Assembly (NCBI GenBank): GCA_035552195.1 | Contig: DASZLU010000145.1 | Coordinates: forward strand, 1,052-65,051 | DNA: 64,000 bases | Origin: Stellaceae bacterium | GTDB taxonomy: Bacteria > Pseudomonadota > Alphaproteobacteria > ATCC43930 > CGMCC-115725 | Direction: 5' to 3' | Shown: one piece after another, positions 50,502 through 60,859 of the stretch | Position numbering within the stretch: position 1 is the stretch's first letter | Layout of the letters: every line of letters starts with the position of its first letter | Translations under genes and position numbers: made by a program | Notes under the pieces: generated by a model | What the model was told of the DNA's origin: nothing | Seen by the model: only the letters and a program-made list of their open reading frames with translations | Databases searched by the model: none

Positions 50502-51314
50502 TCATTCATCGGAATTTTCTGCAGCGGCCTCTTCCGCGGCCTCGCGCTTCGCACGCTGCTTCTCGACCAGCTTGCAGGAAAGGATCGAGACCTCGAACAG
50601 GATCAGCAACGGGACCGCCAGCGACATCATGCTGAAGATATCAGGCGGCGTCAGCACCGCCGCCAGGCCGAACATGCCGACGATCGCGTAGCGTCGCTGC
50701 TTGGCGAGACCCGCCGCCGTGACCAACCCGGCGCGCGCCATCAGGCTGAGCAGCACCGGCAATTGGAACGCGACGCCGAAAGCCAGGATCAGATGCATCA
50801 CGAAGGTCAAATATTCGCTGACCTTCGGCTCAAGATCGATCGCGAGTGCCCCGTCGCCGCCGCGCGAGCCGAAGCTCATGAAGAATGGATAAGCGACGGG
50901 GAAGATCACGTAATAAACGAGCGCGGCGCCCATGATGAACAGCACCGGCGTCGCGACGAGATAGGGAAAGAAGGCGCGGCGCTCCTGCTTGTAGAGACCG
51001 GGCGCGACGAACATCCATATCTGGCTGGCAATGATCGGAAACGAGAGACAGAACGCCGCCCAGAACGCGACACGCAGATCGGTGAAGAACGCTTCCGTGA
51101 CGTCGGTGAAGATGAAATGACCGCCGCCGGCCTTGGTGAGCGCATCGGCCAGCGGCTGGGCGAGGAAATTGTAGATGTTCTTGCTGAAATAATAGCAGGG
51201 GAAGAACGCAACGAATAACGCCAGGATCGAATACATCAGCCGCTTGCGCAGCTCGACCAAATGATCGAGCAGCGGCATCCGCCCATCTTCGAGCTCTTCC
51301 TCACGTTCGCTCAT
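50502..51314 (-). CDS. tatC: twin-arginine translocase subunit TatC
   Basis: 270 aa with 6 TM segments. The N-terminus reads ..MPLLDHLVELRKRLMYS.. Confidence 0.93.
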   Translation of the reverse strand: MSEREEELEDGRMPLLDHLVELRKRLMYSILALFVAFFPCYYFSKNIYNFLAQPLADALTKAGGGHFIFTDVTEAFFTDLRVAFWAAFCLSFPIIASQIWMFVAPGLYKQERRAFFPYLVATPVLFIMGAALVYYVIFPVAYPFFMSFGSRGGDGALAIDLEPKVSEYLTFVMHLILAFGVAFQLPVLLSLMARAGLVTAAGLAKQRRYAIVGMFGLAAVLTPPDIFSMMSLAVPLLILFEVSILSCKLVEKQRAKREAAEEAAAENSDE

Positions 51315-51317
51315 CGC

Positions 51318-51785
51318 TTACGGCGTATGCTTTTCGGGCTCAGGTACGACCGCTGGCTTGGCTTCGATTGTCTCGACTGCCGGTTCGGCTGGCGTCTCAG
51401 CCGGCGCCGATGCACGCCCTTCAATCTCCGCCATCGATTTCTCCTCGAGTGCGGATCGCTCCACCGGCTTTACCGGCTCAGCCAACGGATTGGATATCAT
51501 CGGCTCGTCGAGCGAGCGCTGCAGATCGCCCGCCGGATCGATGGTACGGCGGAACTCGTTTTCGACATTGAAGCTCGTCGCGCGGTCGATATGCCGCTTC
51601 ACCTCGTCGAGTTCGGCCTCGCGCACCATCTGGTCGAGGCTGCCCTGGAATTCGCGCGCGATCGCCCGGGCGCGGCGCGTCCACTGCCCGACCATCCGCA
51701 TCACGCGCGGCAGGTCTTTCGGGCCGATGACGACCAGCGCGACCACGGCGATCAACGCGAGTTCGGACCAGGCGAAATCGAACAT
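51318..51785 (-). CDS. tatB: twin-arginine translocase subunit TatB
   Basis: MFDFAWSELALIAVVALVVIGPKDLPRVMRMVGQW.. followed by an amphipathic helix and an acidic/Pro tail. Confidence 0.88.
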   Translation of the reverse strand: MFDFAWSELALIAVVALVVIGPKDLPRVMRMVGQWTRRARAIAREFQGSLDQMVREAELDEVKRHIDRATSFNVENEFRRTIDPAGDLQRSLDEPMISNPLAEPVKPVERSALEEKSMAEIEGRASAPAETPAEPAVETIEAKPAVVPEPEKHTP

Positions 51786-51862
51786 CGAATTAAGTCACTA
51801 CGTCTTGGCGACAGAGGCGCGGATCATGGCAGAAGCAGCCCGAGCCCGCAAACCGGCGCGGA

Positions 51863-52819
51863 TTAGGCCGCGCCGTGGCCTCCGCCCTTATCTTCCGATG
51901 ACGGCTCCTCCGCCTCGTCATCGTCATCGTCGTCCGCGTCGCCGTCCTCGTCTTCTTCCTCGTCGTCATCGTCGCTGTCGTCGCCATCCTCGTCTTCGTC
52001 GTCAGCGTCGTCCTCATCGTCGTCCGCCTCGTCACCGGCGTCCTTTTTTGCCTCGGCCACAACCGCCTCTTCGGCGACCGCCTCGTCTTCGACAAGCGTT
52101 TCCGCGTCAACGACCAGCGTCTGGACGGCCTCGCCGTCGTTATCCTCGTCGTTCTCACCCGGCACATCGGGCAGCCGCTCTTCGGCAGGCACGCCAATGG
52201 TCTCGGCCAGCGTGATATCCGGGCGCGGCCCGATCAGGCCGGCAGCGCGCAGTTCGTCGATGCCCGGCAGGTCGCCCAGCGAGGCGAGGCCGAAATGGAG
52301 CAGGAAGGCTTCGGTCGTGACCCAGGTCACGGGCCGGCCGGCGGTCTGCTTGCGCCCCTTCGGAACGATCCAGCCCGCTTCCATCAGCGTATCGAGCGTG
52401 CCCTTGCTGATCACGACGCCGCGGATCTCTTCGATCTCGGCGCGCGTCACCGGCTGGTGATAGGCGCAGATGGCCAGCGTCTCGATCGCGGCGCGCGACA
52501 ATTTGCGCGCGACTTTTTGGGTCAGCTTGAGGCGCGGCGCGAGGTCCGCGGCGGTCCGGATGGTCCAGCCACCGCCAACATGCACAATGTTGACCCCGCG
52601 CGGCGCGTAGATCGCCGTCAACTCATCGAGCAGCGCGGCGATATCGGTGCCTTCGGGCAGGCGTTGCCGCATGGCATCAACATCCACCGGTGACGGCGAC
52701 GCGAACAGCAGCGCTTCGAGCAGCCGGAGATCGTCATTCGATACGGCCGCGGGATCGGCAGCGGCGGTGTCCGTCGTAGTCTCATCGGAATTCATGATCT
52801 CGGGTTCTGTCAGGCTCAT
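51863..52819 (-). CDS. scpB: segregation and condensation protein B with ~100-aa poly-acidic C-terminal tail
   Basis: The winged-helix core reads ..LLEALLFASPSPV... and ..VARKLSRAAIETLAICAYHQPVTRAEIEEIRGV... The tail reads ..DDDEDDADDEDEDGDDSDDDDEEEDEDGDADDDDDDEAEE.. Confidence 0.9.
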   Translation of the reverse strand: MSLTEPEIMNSDETTTDTAAADPAAVSNDDLRLLEALLFASPSPVDVDAMRQRLPEGTDIAALLDELTAIYAPRGVNIVHVGGGWTIRTAADLAPRLKLTQKVARKLSRAAIETLAICAYHQPVTRAEIEEIRGVVISKGTLDTLMEAGWIVPKGRKQTAGRPVTWVTTEAFLLHFGLASLGDLPGIDELRAAGLIGPRPDITLAETIGVPAEERLPDVPGENDEDNDGEAVQTLVVDAETLVEDEAVAEEAVVAEAKKDAGDEADDDEDDADDEDEDGDDSDDDDEEEDEDGDADDDDDDEAEEPSSEDKGGGHGAA

Positions 52820-53601
52820 GTGTTCTCGTTCGGCAGGCTACGCAAATAAATCGGACCGAAAGCTTCGTCCTGGCGAAGCTCGAGCTTGCCCGAGCGGACA
52901 AGCTCCAACGTCGCGGCGAAGGTGGCGGCAACGGCGGAGCGATGGACTAGCCCCGGCTGCAGGTTGCTGGGCAGGAAGCTGACCAACGTGCGCCAATCCG
53001 GCATGCGGCCAAGCAAGCGGCCGAGACGTTGCAGCGCATCGTCCATCGAATAAAGCTCGGGTGCATCGATATGGAGGACGCCCGATTCCTTGCGCGCCTT
53101 CTGATCGCCATAGGCTTTGAGCAAGTCGTAGAGGGTCGCTTCGTAGACCGGGATCAGCACGCGCGGCAGACCTTCCGGCGCACCGCGCGTGAACACGTCG
53201 CGGCCCAGCAGATCGCGGGCGAAAAGCCCCTGCCCGGCCTGCTGCATCGCTTCGAGGCGACGCAATTGATGTGCCAGCGCCGCGGCCATCTCTTCGCCCG
53301 AGGGCTCAGCAGCGTCCGCCGGCTGCGGCAGGAGGAGACGCGATTTGAGATAGGCGAGCCACGCCGCCATCACCAGATAGTCGGCGGCGATCTCCAGCCG
53401 CAGCCGCCGCGCTGCGCTGATGAAAGCGAGATATTGATCGGCGAGGCGCAGGATCGAGATCTTGGTGATGTCGACCTTCTGCTCGCGCGCCAATTGCAGC
53501 AGCGCGTCGATCGGTCCTTCGTAGCCTTCGAGATCGACAACGAGCTCGACTGCCGGCTCGACCTCGGGTTTCTCCATCTCGAATGGCTCGACGTCGTTCA
53601 T
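52816..53601 (-). CDS. scpA: segregation and condensation protein A
   Basis: ..LEGYEGPIDALLQLAREQKVDITKISILRLADQYL.. is present. It has a 4-nt overlap with scpB. Confidence 0.92.
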   Translation of the reverse strand: MNDVEPFEMEKPEVEPAVELVVDLEGYEGPIDALLQLAREQKVDITKISILRLADQYLAFISAARRLRLEIAADYLVMAAWLAYLKSRLLLPQPADAAEPSGEEMAAALAHQLRRLEAMQQAGQGLFARDLLGRDVFTRGAPEGLPRVLIPVYEATLYDLLKAYGDQKARKESGVLHIDAPELYSMDDALQRLGRLLGRMPDWRTLVSFLPSNLQPGLVHRSAVAATFAATLELVRSGKLELRQDEAFGPIYLRSLPNENT

Positions 53602-54305
53602 TGATTCAAATCAATCCCTGTCAACCAACGGAGTGCGCTCGCAAACCAATTTACCGGACGCTGGATGATCCACCACAGCACATTCAGGTCCATATGCAAT
53701 TGCTGACCAATCATCGGCAAGATGAACAGCAACCCGAGCAGGATCAGCATGCCATAGCGCTCTGTCCGCGCCAGCGGGATCGCGAGAAAATCGGGCAATA
53801 ATCCGACCGCGACTCGGCCGCCGTCCAGGGGCGGCAGCGGAAGCATGTTAAAGACGGCGATGATGATGTTGAATTCCGCCGAAATTTCGAGATTGGCGCG
53901 CACCCAGTCCTGAAAATAGCCAGGCAAAAACGCGGCTGGGACGAGTAACAGCGCGGAGACGATCGCCAGAATCACATTCGTCAGCGGGCCGGCGAGCGCA
54001 ACGTAGACCATGTCGCGGCGTGGCTTGTTGAGACGGTCGAAGCGTACCGGCACTGGCTTCGCATAACCGAAGATGAATTTGCCGCCGGAACCAAATATCA
54101 GCGCCAGCGGCAAAATGATGGTGCCGAAAAGATCGATATGCTTGAGCGGATTGAAGGTCACGCGACCCATGTTCCAGGCCGTATCGTCGCCCAAACGGTG
54201 AGCAACGAAGCCGTGCGCCGCTTCGTGCAACGTGATTGCGAAAATCATCGGCAGCGCCATCACGGTGATGGTCTGAACCAACGCGGAAATCACCGTGGAA
54301 TTCAT
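53598..54305 (-). CDS. site-2 protease family (M50) membrane metalloprotease
   Basis: The HExxH motif lies in a TM helix (..ITLHEAAHGFVAH..) and a downstream ..LPLPPLDGG.. motif is present. Confidence 0.88.
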   Translation of the reverse strand: MNSTVISALVQTITVMALPMIFAITLHEAAHGFVAHRLGDDTAWNMGRVTFNPLKHIDLFGTIILPLALIFGSGGKFIFGYAKPVPVRFDRLNKPRRDMVYVALAGPLTNVILAIVSALLLVPAAFLPGYFQDWVRANLEISAEFNIIIAVFNMLPLPPLDGGRVAVGLLPDFLAIPLARTERYGMLILLGLLFILPMIGQQLHMDLNVLWWIIQRPVNWFASALRWLTGIDLNQ

Positions 54306-55303
54306 GAGTTCGCCAGCAACACCGCGAATTCGTATTCGGCCGCGTGGCGATCGAAGGCACCAGGCGCGTGGCGGCGCGCTTCGGCCGCCGTGACCCGGCG
54401 GCGCGCGGCATCGCTTATCGGACCGATCGCACCGGCGATCGCCTCCATCTCATCGAGAATGCCATTGCAGTGAAGCACCAAGTCACAACCCGCCTGTAGC
54501 GCGTCCCAAGCCCGCGACTCGATCTTTCCGCCGAGTGCGGCCATCGATAGATCATCGCAAAGAAGCACGCCGTCAAATCCGATTCCAGCCCTGATCACTT
54601 CGCCAATCACGCGCGGCGATAATGTCGCGGGCCGGTCGGGATCGATGGCGGTGTATAGCACATGCGCCGTCATCGCCCAGGGCATTCCCGAAAGCGCGCG
54701 GAACGGCGCGAAATCTGTCGAGTCGAGCTCGGCGCGCGGCGTCTCCACCACCGGCAGGGCGCGATGACTGTCCACAGTGGCGCGCCCGTGCCCCGGAATA
54801 TGTTTAATGATCGGCAGCACGCCGCCCGCCATCAGCCCGTCACACACCGCGAGGCCGTTTTCCGCCACGAGTCGTGGCTCGAGCCCCCAGGCGCGATCGC
54901 CGATGATCGGGTCGGCACCCGACACCGGCACGTCGAGCACCGGCGCACAATCGACGGTGATGCCAAGCTGGCCGAGATCGTCGGCAATGAGCCGCGCCGC
55001 CAACCAAGCTGCGTGGCGCGCGCGTATGCCGCCGCGAGCAGCGATTTTTGCCGCCGCCGGATAGGCCGGGAAATGCGGCGGCTTTAACCGCGCGACCCGT
55101 CCCCCCTCCTGATCGATCAGAACCGGCGCATCGCCGCGACCGACGATCTCGCGCAAATCGGCGACGAGTCGCTTGATCTGCGCCGGCGCCTCGCAATTGC
55201 GCGCGAAAAGGATGAAGCCGAGCGGATCGGCATCGCGGAAGAATTGCCGCTCGCTCGCCGAGAGCGTCGGCCCCTCACAACCGAAGATGACTGGTTTGAT
55301 CAC
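54302..55303 (-). CDS. nagZ: beta-N-acetylhexosaminidase (GH3, peptidoglycan recycling)
   Basis: ..VLIDQEGGRVARL.., ..KHIPGHGRATVDSH.. and ..LLCDDLSM.. are present. Confidence 0.92.
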   Translation of the reverse strand: MIKPVIFGCEGPTLSASERQFFRDADPLGFILFARNCEAPAQIKRLVADLREIVGRGDAPVLIDQEGGRVARLKPPHFPAYPAAAKIAARGGIRARHAAWLAARLIADDLGQLGITVDCAPVLDVPVSGADPIIGDRAWGLEPRLVAENGLAVCDGLMAGGVLPIIKHIPGHGRATVDSHRALPVVETPRAELDSTDFAPFRALSGMPWAMTAHVLYTAIDPDRPATLSPRVIGEVIRAGIGFDGVLLCDDLSMAALGGKIESRAWDALQAGCDLVLHCNGILDEMEAIAGAIGPISDAARRRVTAAEARRHAPGAFDRHAAEYEFAVLLANS

Positions 55304-55309
55304 GCGCGC

Positions 55310-56122
55310 TTACGGCTTCACAAGAATGCAACTGACATTGCGGCTTTTGAGCGCGGCACAGGCCTGTGTCGCCCTCGCCTCTTCCGTGATCGGTCCGGCC
55401 TGAATGCGATAGTAGGTGCCTTTGCCACCGCCCAGTTGGACGCTCGAAACCGACAGCGACAATTTCCCCAGCACATCGGCATTCTGCCGTTGCAGCTTGA
55501 CCCATTCGGTTTTCGCTGCGTCCTCAGTTTTGAGCGCGCCGAGTTGGAGACGATAAGACCCGGCCATTTGTTGTGGCGGCACGACTTTTGGCGCAACCGG
55601 CGCCGGAGCTGCAACTTTCGGCGCGACGGATGTCGGCGGCGCGACGGCGGCGGGCGGTGGAGCAGTTGCGACTTGCGGTGCTGGCGGAAGGGTCGGTGGC
55701 CGCGTATTCGCCGCGGGCGGTTCAGCCGGTGGCGACGGCGGGTTGGTGGTCGCGGTTTGCGGTTGTGGCGGCGGCGTTGGCGGCGCCGGACGCTGCTTTA
55801 CCGCTTCCGGTGACGGCAGCAACTCTTCCGGCTTTTCTTTCGTCTCGCGATTGAGCAGCACCGAATCCTGGCCCGGGACGACCATGCCGCCCGGATCTTT
55901 CGGCTGCTCTTTCACCGGCGCGGTATCAGGATGGATTTCCGGCACCGCGGCGACGTCCTGCGACGACGGCTTGCTGCTATGGCCTGCCCACCACGAGCCC
56001 CCCACCAGCGCAGCGACCGCGAGCGCCAGCAACGCCGCGCGCAGGGGTCGCGTGCCCCGCCGCTCCGGCTCGTCGTCCCTATCGCGACGTTCGTCGTCGT
56101 CGATGTCGAGACGCGGGCTCAT
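55310..56122 (-). CDS. SPOR-domain protein (membrane anchor, Pro-rich linker, C-terminal SPOR)
   Basis: ATG 56122 (ATGA overlap with the argS stop). The TM segment is ..LLALAVAALVGG... A PPxP-rich linker follows. The SPOR part reads ..YRLQLGALKTEDAAKTEW...YRIQAGPI.. Confidence 0.85.
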   Translation of the reverse strand: MSPRLDIDDDERRDRDDEPERRGTRPLRAALLALAVAALVGGSWWAGHSSKPSSQDVAAVPEIHPDTAPVKEQPKDPGGMVVPGQDSVLLNRETKEKPEELLPSPEAVKQRPAPPTPPPQPQTATTNPPSPPAEPPAANTRPPTLPPAPQVATAPPPAAVAPPTSVAPKVAAPAPVAPKVVPPQQMAGSYRLQLGALKTEDAAKTEWVKLQRQNADVLGKLSLSVSSVQLGGGKGTYYRIQAGPITEEARATQACAALKSRNVSCILVKP

Positions 56123-57879
56123 CCACGCAATTCCTCGAGCGGCGTCACCCCCATCACATGGAGGCCGGAGGCGATGACGAACGCGACCGCTTGTACCAAT
56201 GCGAGCCGCGCCAGAGTCAGCGGCTTCGCGTCGCTTTGAATGAAACGCAGCGTCGCGTCGGCGTTGCCCTTGTTCCAGAGCCCATGAAACGCGGCCGCGA
56301 CTTCCTGCAGATAGAAAGCGACGCGATGGGGCTCGTGGTTCTCCGCCGCTCCTTCGACGAGGCTCGGCCATTGCGTTACCAGACGCACCAGCCCGATCTC
56401 ATCGCGATCGGTCAGCAGGCTCAACTCGGCTTTCGCGAGCTGTGCCGGCGCGATCTCATGCGAGGAAAATTCGTCGCGCGCGTGACGCAATACCGACGAG
56501 ATGCGGGCATGCGCGTACTGCACGTAGAAGACCGGATTGTCTTTCGATTGCTCGATGACTTTCGCGAAATCGAAATCGAGCGGCGATTTCGGATCGCGCG
56601 TCAGCATCATGAAGCGCACCGCGCCGGCGCCGACCTGCTCCACCATCTCGCGCAAGGTCACGAGATTGCCGGAACGCTTCGACAGCTTCACTGGCTCGCC
56701 GTTGCGGAATACTTTGACGATGTTGTTGAAGATCACCTCAAGCTGGGCCTCGCCGCCGCTCAGCGCCGCGATCGCCGGCCGCATGCGCTCGAGATAGCCG
56801 CCGTGATCGGTGCCGAGCACGTTGATCATCAGCTTGAAGCCGCGCCGCACCTTGTCGAAGTGATAGGCGATGTCGGGCATGATATAGGCCCAGCCGCCAT
56901 CGCGTTTCTTTAAGGGCCGATCGGTGCTGTCGCCGAATTGGCTGGAGCGGAAGAGCGTCAGCTCCGCCGGCTCCCAATCCTCCATCGCCTTGCCCTTGGG
57001 CGGCGGCAAGGTCCCCGTATAGATCAGGCCCTTCTGGTCGAGGATATCGAAAGCCTGTTGCAGCGTGCCGTTCTGGATGAGCTCGCGCTCGTTGGTGAAG
57101 ACACTGTGCTTGATGCCAATAAGATCGAGATCGCCGCGGATCTCCCGCATCATGTATTCGACGGCGAAATCGCGGATCGGCACCAACCATTCGGAGTCCG
57201 GCTTGTCGAGCCACTTCCGCCCATCGCGCTGCGCCAGGACCGTGCCGACATCTTTCAGATATTCGCCGGGATAAAGCCCTTCGGGGATATCGCCGATGCT
57301 CTCGCCCAGCGCTTCGCGGTAACGGAGGAAGGCCGTACGCGCCAGCACGTCGACCTGCGCGCCGGCGTCATTGAAATAATATTCGCGCGTGACCTCGTAG
57401 CCGGCCTTCTCGAGAAGGTTTGCCAAAGCATCGCCAAGCACCGCGCCGCGCACATGACCCGCATGCATCGGCCCTGTCGGATTGGCCGAGACGTACTCGA
57501 TATTTACGCGCTTGTTCTGTCCCAGATCGCTATCGCCGTAACTGGTCCGCGCGTCGAGGATTTCGGCGAGCCGCGCCTGCCAAAATGCATCGGCAATCCT
57601 GAGATTGATGAAGCCGGGCCCGGCAACGTCCGCAGCGGTGATATCGCTTTCCTGAGCAAGACGCGCGGCAAGCTTCTGCGCCAGCTCGCGCGGCGGCATC
57701 TTGGCCGCCCTTGCCAGGATCATTGCCGCATTGGTCGAGAGATCGCCATGGGCCGGATCGCGCGGCGGCTCGACCGCGACGCGCGTCATGTCGAGGCCAT
57801 CCGGCAACGCGCCAGCCTTCACCAAAGCGTCGATCTCGCCGACGACCACGAAACGGAAATGGGTGAAGATGTCTCTCAC
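56119..57879 (-). CDS. argS: arginyl-tRNA synthetase
   Basis: 586 aa. The HIGH-type motif ..[15 protein letters not shown].. and a DALR anticodon-binding C-terminus are present. Confidence 0.96.
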   Translation of the reverse strand: MRDIFTHFRFVVVGEIDALVKAGALPDGLDMTRVAVEPPRDPAHGDLSTNAAMILARAAKMPPRELAQKLAARLAQESDITAADVAGPGFINLRIADAFWQARLAEILDARTSYGDSDLGQNKRVNIEYVSANPTGPMHAGHVRGAVLGDALANLLEKAGYEVTREYYFNDAGAQVDVLARTAFLRYREALGESIGDIPEGLYPGEYLKDVGTVLAQRDGRKWLDKPDSEWLVPIRDFAVEYMMREIRGDLDLIGIKHSVFTNERELIQNGTLQQAFDILDQKGLIYTGTLPPPKGKAMEDWEPAELTLFRSSQFGDSTDRPLKKRDGGWAYIMPDIAYHFDKVRRGFKLMINVLGTDHGGYLERMRPAIAALSGGEAQLEVIFNNIVKVFRNGEPVKLSKRSGNLVTLREMVEQVGAGAVRFMMLTRDPKSPLDFDFAKVIEQSKDNPVFYVQYAHARISSVLRHARDEFSSHEIAPAQLAKAELSLLTDRDEIGLVRLVTQWPSLVEGAAENHEPHRVAFYLQEVAAAFHGLWNKGNADATLRFIQSDAKPLTLARLALVQAVAFVIASGLHVMGVTPLEELRG

Positions 57880-59036
57880 GTCGTCGCGTACCTGTCGAAC
57901 AATTTGTAGTGCTCATCGAGCGCGAAGCGGTCGGTCATGCCGGCGATGTAATCGGCCACCACCCGCGCGGTCTCGCGCGTACCAGCCCCCGTCGCCTGGC
58001 TCTGCCATTCGGTCGGCAGGCATTGCGGTTCGGCGAGCAGCAGACGGAACAGCTCCTGCACGATGCGGCGCGCTTTCGATGCCATGCGGTTGACGCGGTA
58101 GTGGCGATACATGCGCTCGAACAGGAAGCGGCGCAAGCCGCGCTCTTCCTCCCGCATCCCCGCCGAGAATGCGATCACCGCCGCCGAATGGCGACGAATA
58201 TCGGCGGCGCTTTGCGCTTTCAACGCGGCGATGCGTCGCTGCGATTCCTCGACCACATCGCCGATCATGCGATCGATCAACCGGCGGATCGCCTCGTGGA
58301 TCAGCCGCGAATCATCGACGCCGGGATAGGACCGGTCGACCTCGGCGAAGATCGGCCCCAGCAGCGGCACTTGCGTCAGATCGAGGATCTGGAAGAGCTC
58401 GGCGCGCAGCCCGTCGTCGGTGTCGTGATTGTCGTAAGCGATGTCATCGGCCAGTGCCGCGACCTGCGCCTCGGCCGAGGGCCAAGTCAAAAGCTCGAGA
58501 TCGTGCTGGCTCACATAATCAGCCATGGTCGGTGTCAACTCCCCGCGCACCGGGCCGTTATGCTTGGCGATGCCCTCAAGCGTCTCCCACGTGAGGTTGA
58601 GCCCGTCGAACGCCGCGTAGCGATGTTCGAGCTTCGTCAGCACGCGCAGCGTCTGGTCGTTATGGCGGAAGCCGCCGAAATCCTTCATCACCTCGTTCAG
58701 CGCTTCCTCGCCGGCATGGCCGAACGGCGTATGCCCGAGGTCGTGGGCAAGCGACAGCGCTTCGGCGAGATCCTCATCGAGACCGAGACGGCGCGCGATC
58801 GTGCGCGCAATCTGCGCCACTTCGAGGCTGTGGGTAAGTCGGGTGCGATAGTGGTCGCCCTCGTGATAGACGAAGACCTGCGTCTTGTATTGCAGGCGGC
58901 GAAAAGCCGAGCAGTGGATGATCCGGTCACGGTCGCGCTGAAACACCGAGCGGGAGGGACTCTCGGGCTCGGAATGGAGCCGGCCGCGGCTCTCTTCGGG
59001 CCGGCAGGCGTAGGCGGCGAGCGCCGGTTGCGTCAT
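57876..59036 (-). CDS. dgt: dGTP triphosphohydrolase-like HD-domain protein
   Basis: ..[24 protein letters not shown].., ..RLTHSLEV.. and ..[11 protein letters not shown].. are present. Confidence 0.92.
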   Translation of the reverse strand: MTQPALAAYACRPEESRGRLHSEPESPSRSVFQRDRDRIIHCSAFRRLQYKTQVFVYHEGDHYRTRLTHSLEVAQIARTIARRLGLDEDLAEALSLAHDLGHTPFGHAGEEALNEVMKDFGGFRHNDQTLRVLTKLEHRYAAFDGLNLTWETLEGIAKHNGPVRGELTPTMADYVSQHDLELLTWPSAEAQVAALADDIAYDNHDTDDGLRAELFQILDLTQVPLLGPIFAEVDRSYPGVDDSRLIHEAIRRLIDRMIGDVVEESQRRIAALKAQSAADIRRHSAAVIAFSAGMREEERGLRRFLFERMYRHYRVNRMASKARRIVQELFRLLLAEPQCLPTEWQSQATGAGTRETARVVADYIAGMTDRFALDEHYKLFDRYATT

Positions 59037-59160
59037 GGCGGCAACCTAATCCGCAGCGCACGCAGGCGCAACGATGCACGCGAGTCGGCTTTCCCGCTTG
59101 CTGCCGGGCGTTTCGGCCTGTTGAATGAGGGCAAGAAATCCAGGGGAGAGGCGCGCGAGA

Positions 59161-60795
59161 ATGGCAACGGCCGGCTACGACTACATCATCATCGGCGCCG
59201 GCTCGGCGGGGTGCTGCCTCGCTCATCGCTTGACCGAGGACAGCGACGTCCGCGTCATCGTGCTCGAAGCCGGCGGCTGGGATCGCGACCCTCTGATCCA
59301 CATCCCGCTCGCTTGGGGTAAGATCTTCCAGGATCGCCTCCACGATTGGCAATATTGGAGCGAGCCGGAGCCGAACATGGATGGGCGCAGCATCGAATGC
59401 GCGCGCGGCAAGGTGATCGGCGGTTCGTCCTCGATCAACGTCATGGGCTATGTCCGCGGCAATCGCGGCGATTACGACCGCTGGGCGAATAGCGGCCTAA
59501 CGCAATGGTCCTACGCCCACGCGCTGCCCTATTTCAAACGCCAGGAAAGCTGGGAAGGCGGCGAGACCGAATATCGCGGCGGCAGCGGTCCCATTACCAC
59601 GCGCTATACGCGCTACGATGATCCACTCGTCGAGGCCTTCAAGGAGGCCGGCCGTATGCTCGGCCATCCCTCGACCGAGGATTACAATGGCGCCCGGCAA
59701 CACGGTTTCGGCCGCACGCAGTCGACCGTGGTCAAAGGCCGCCGTGCCAGCGCCGCCACGGGCTATCTCCGCCCCGCCCTCGGCCGCAAGAACCTCCAGG
59801 TCGAGACCGGCGCGCTAGTGACGCGGCTCGTCTTCGAAGGCAACCGTGCCATCGGTGTCGAGTATACGAAGGACGGCCAAACCGCAACGCTCCGCGCCGA
59901 GCGCGAAGTGCTGCTCTCCGGCGGCGTCATCAACTCGCCGCAAGTGCTGATGCTTTCCGGCATCGGCGATCCCGAAGAGCTGAAGCGCCACAACATCCCG
60001 GTGAAGGTCGCGCTCAAAGGCGTCGGCAAGAATCTGCAAGACCATCTCTCGGTCGGCGTCGAATATGCGCGAAACGGCCAAGGCCCCTTCCCGGCCCGCA
60101 TGCGTATCGACAACATCACGATGGAGATGGCACAGGCCTATCTCTTCGGCACCGGCCGCGCGACCGACCTGCCCGGCGGCGTGATGGGCTTCATCAAAAG
60201 CTCACAAGCGAAAGAGATGCCGGACATCCAGATCCTCTTCCGCATGGCGCCGGTCGGCCTCAAGCCATATTGGCCGTTCGTCCATCAGCCTGCCGCCGAC
60301 AGTTTCGGCCCGCGCGCCGTGCTGTTGCGCCCGACCAGCCGGGGCTCGGTCGAACTCGCCTCGACCGATCCGAGTGCCGCGCTACGCATCCATCAAGGCT
60401 TCCTCGGTACCGATGCCGACATCAAGCTGATCCGCGAAGGCGTGCGGATGGTGCGCGAGGTCTGCCGCCAGAAGCCGGTGCAGGAATTCGCCGCCGCCGA
60501 GCTCGCGCCGGGACCGGGCAAGGAAAGCGATGCCGAGATCGACGCGCATGTCCGCAAGATCGGCGCCACCGCGCATCATCCGCTCGGCACCTGCAAGATG
60601 GGCGTCGATAGCGACGAGATGGCCGTCGTCGATCCCGAATGCAAAGTGCGCGGCATCGACGGCTTGCGCGTCGTCGACGCCGCGGCGATGCCCGATCTCG
60701 TTGGCGCCAACATCAATGCCACCGTCCTTATGATCGCCGAGAAGATGGCCGATATCATCCGCGGCCGCCCGACCTTGGCGCCGGTCAATGTCTGA
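59161..60795 (+). CDS. GMC-family FAD oxidoreductase (choline/alcohol dehydrogenase-like)
   Basis: ATG 59161. Motifs: ..YDYIIIGAGSAGCCLAHRL.., GMC signature ..GKVIGGSSSINVMGYVRG.., and C-terminal ..HPLGTCKMG... No signal peptide is seen. Confidence 0.9.
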   Translation: MATAGYDYIIIGAGSAGCCLAHRLTEDSDVRVIVLEAGGWDRDPLIHIPLAWGKIFQDRLHDWQYWSEPEPNMDGRSIECARGKVIGGSSSINVMGYVRGNRGDYDRWANSGLTQWSYAHALPYFKRQESWEGGETEYRGGSGPITTRYTRYDDPLVEAFKEAGRMLGHPSTEDYNGARQHGFGRTQSTVVKGRRASAATGYLRPALGRKNLQVETGALVTRLVFEGNRAIGVEYTKDGQTATLRAEREVLLSGGVINSPQVLMLSGIGDPEELKRHNIPVKVALKGVGKNLQDHLSVGVEYARNGQGPFPARMRIDNITMEMAQAYLFGTGRATDLPGGVMGFIKSSQAKEMPDIQILFRMAPVGLKPYWPFVHQPAADSFGPRAVLLRPTSRGSVELASTDPSAALRIHQGFLGTDADIKLIREGVRMVREVCRQKPVQEFAAAELAPGPGKESDAEIDAHVRKIGATAHHPLGTCKMGVDSDEMAVVDPECKVRGIDGLRVVDAAAMPDLVGANINATVLMIAEKMADIIRGRPTLAPVNV

Positions 60796-60859
60796 AGCGT
60801 GTTCGGCCTCGGCATTCTTTTTGGGGAGTCTGCATAACAATCTAATCTAGGAGGAAACG

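Noticed and set aside
51790-52197. 135-aa minus-strand ORF (R/T/K-rich) overlapping the scpB 3' end
   Set aside because: It is an alternative frame of the GAC/GAG-rich region encoding the ScpB acidic tail, so it is a repeat-driven frame artefact.
46605-59036. The 13-gene co-directional string with ATGA overlaps as a novel operon
   Set aside because: All members are recognisable housekeeping genes (dgt, argS, SPOR, nagZ, M50, scpAB, tatBC, serS, surE, pcm, nlpD). Similar arrangements are common in Alphaproteobacteria, so this is ordinary core genome.
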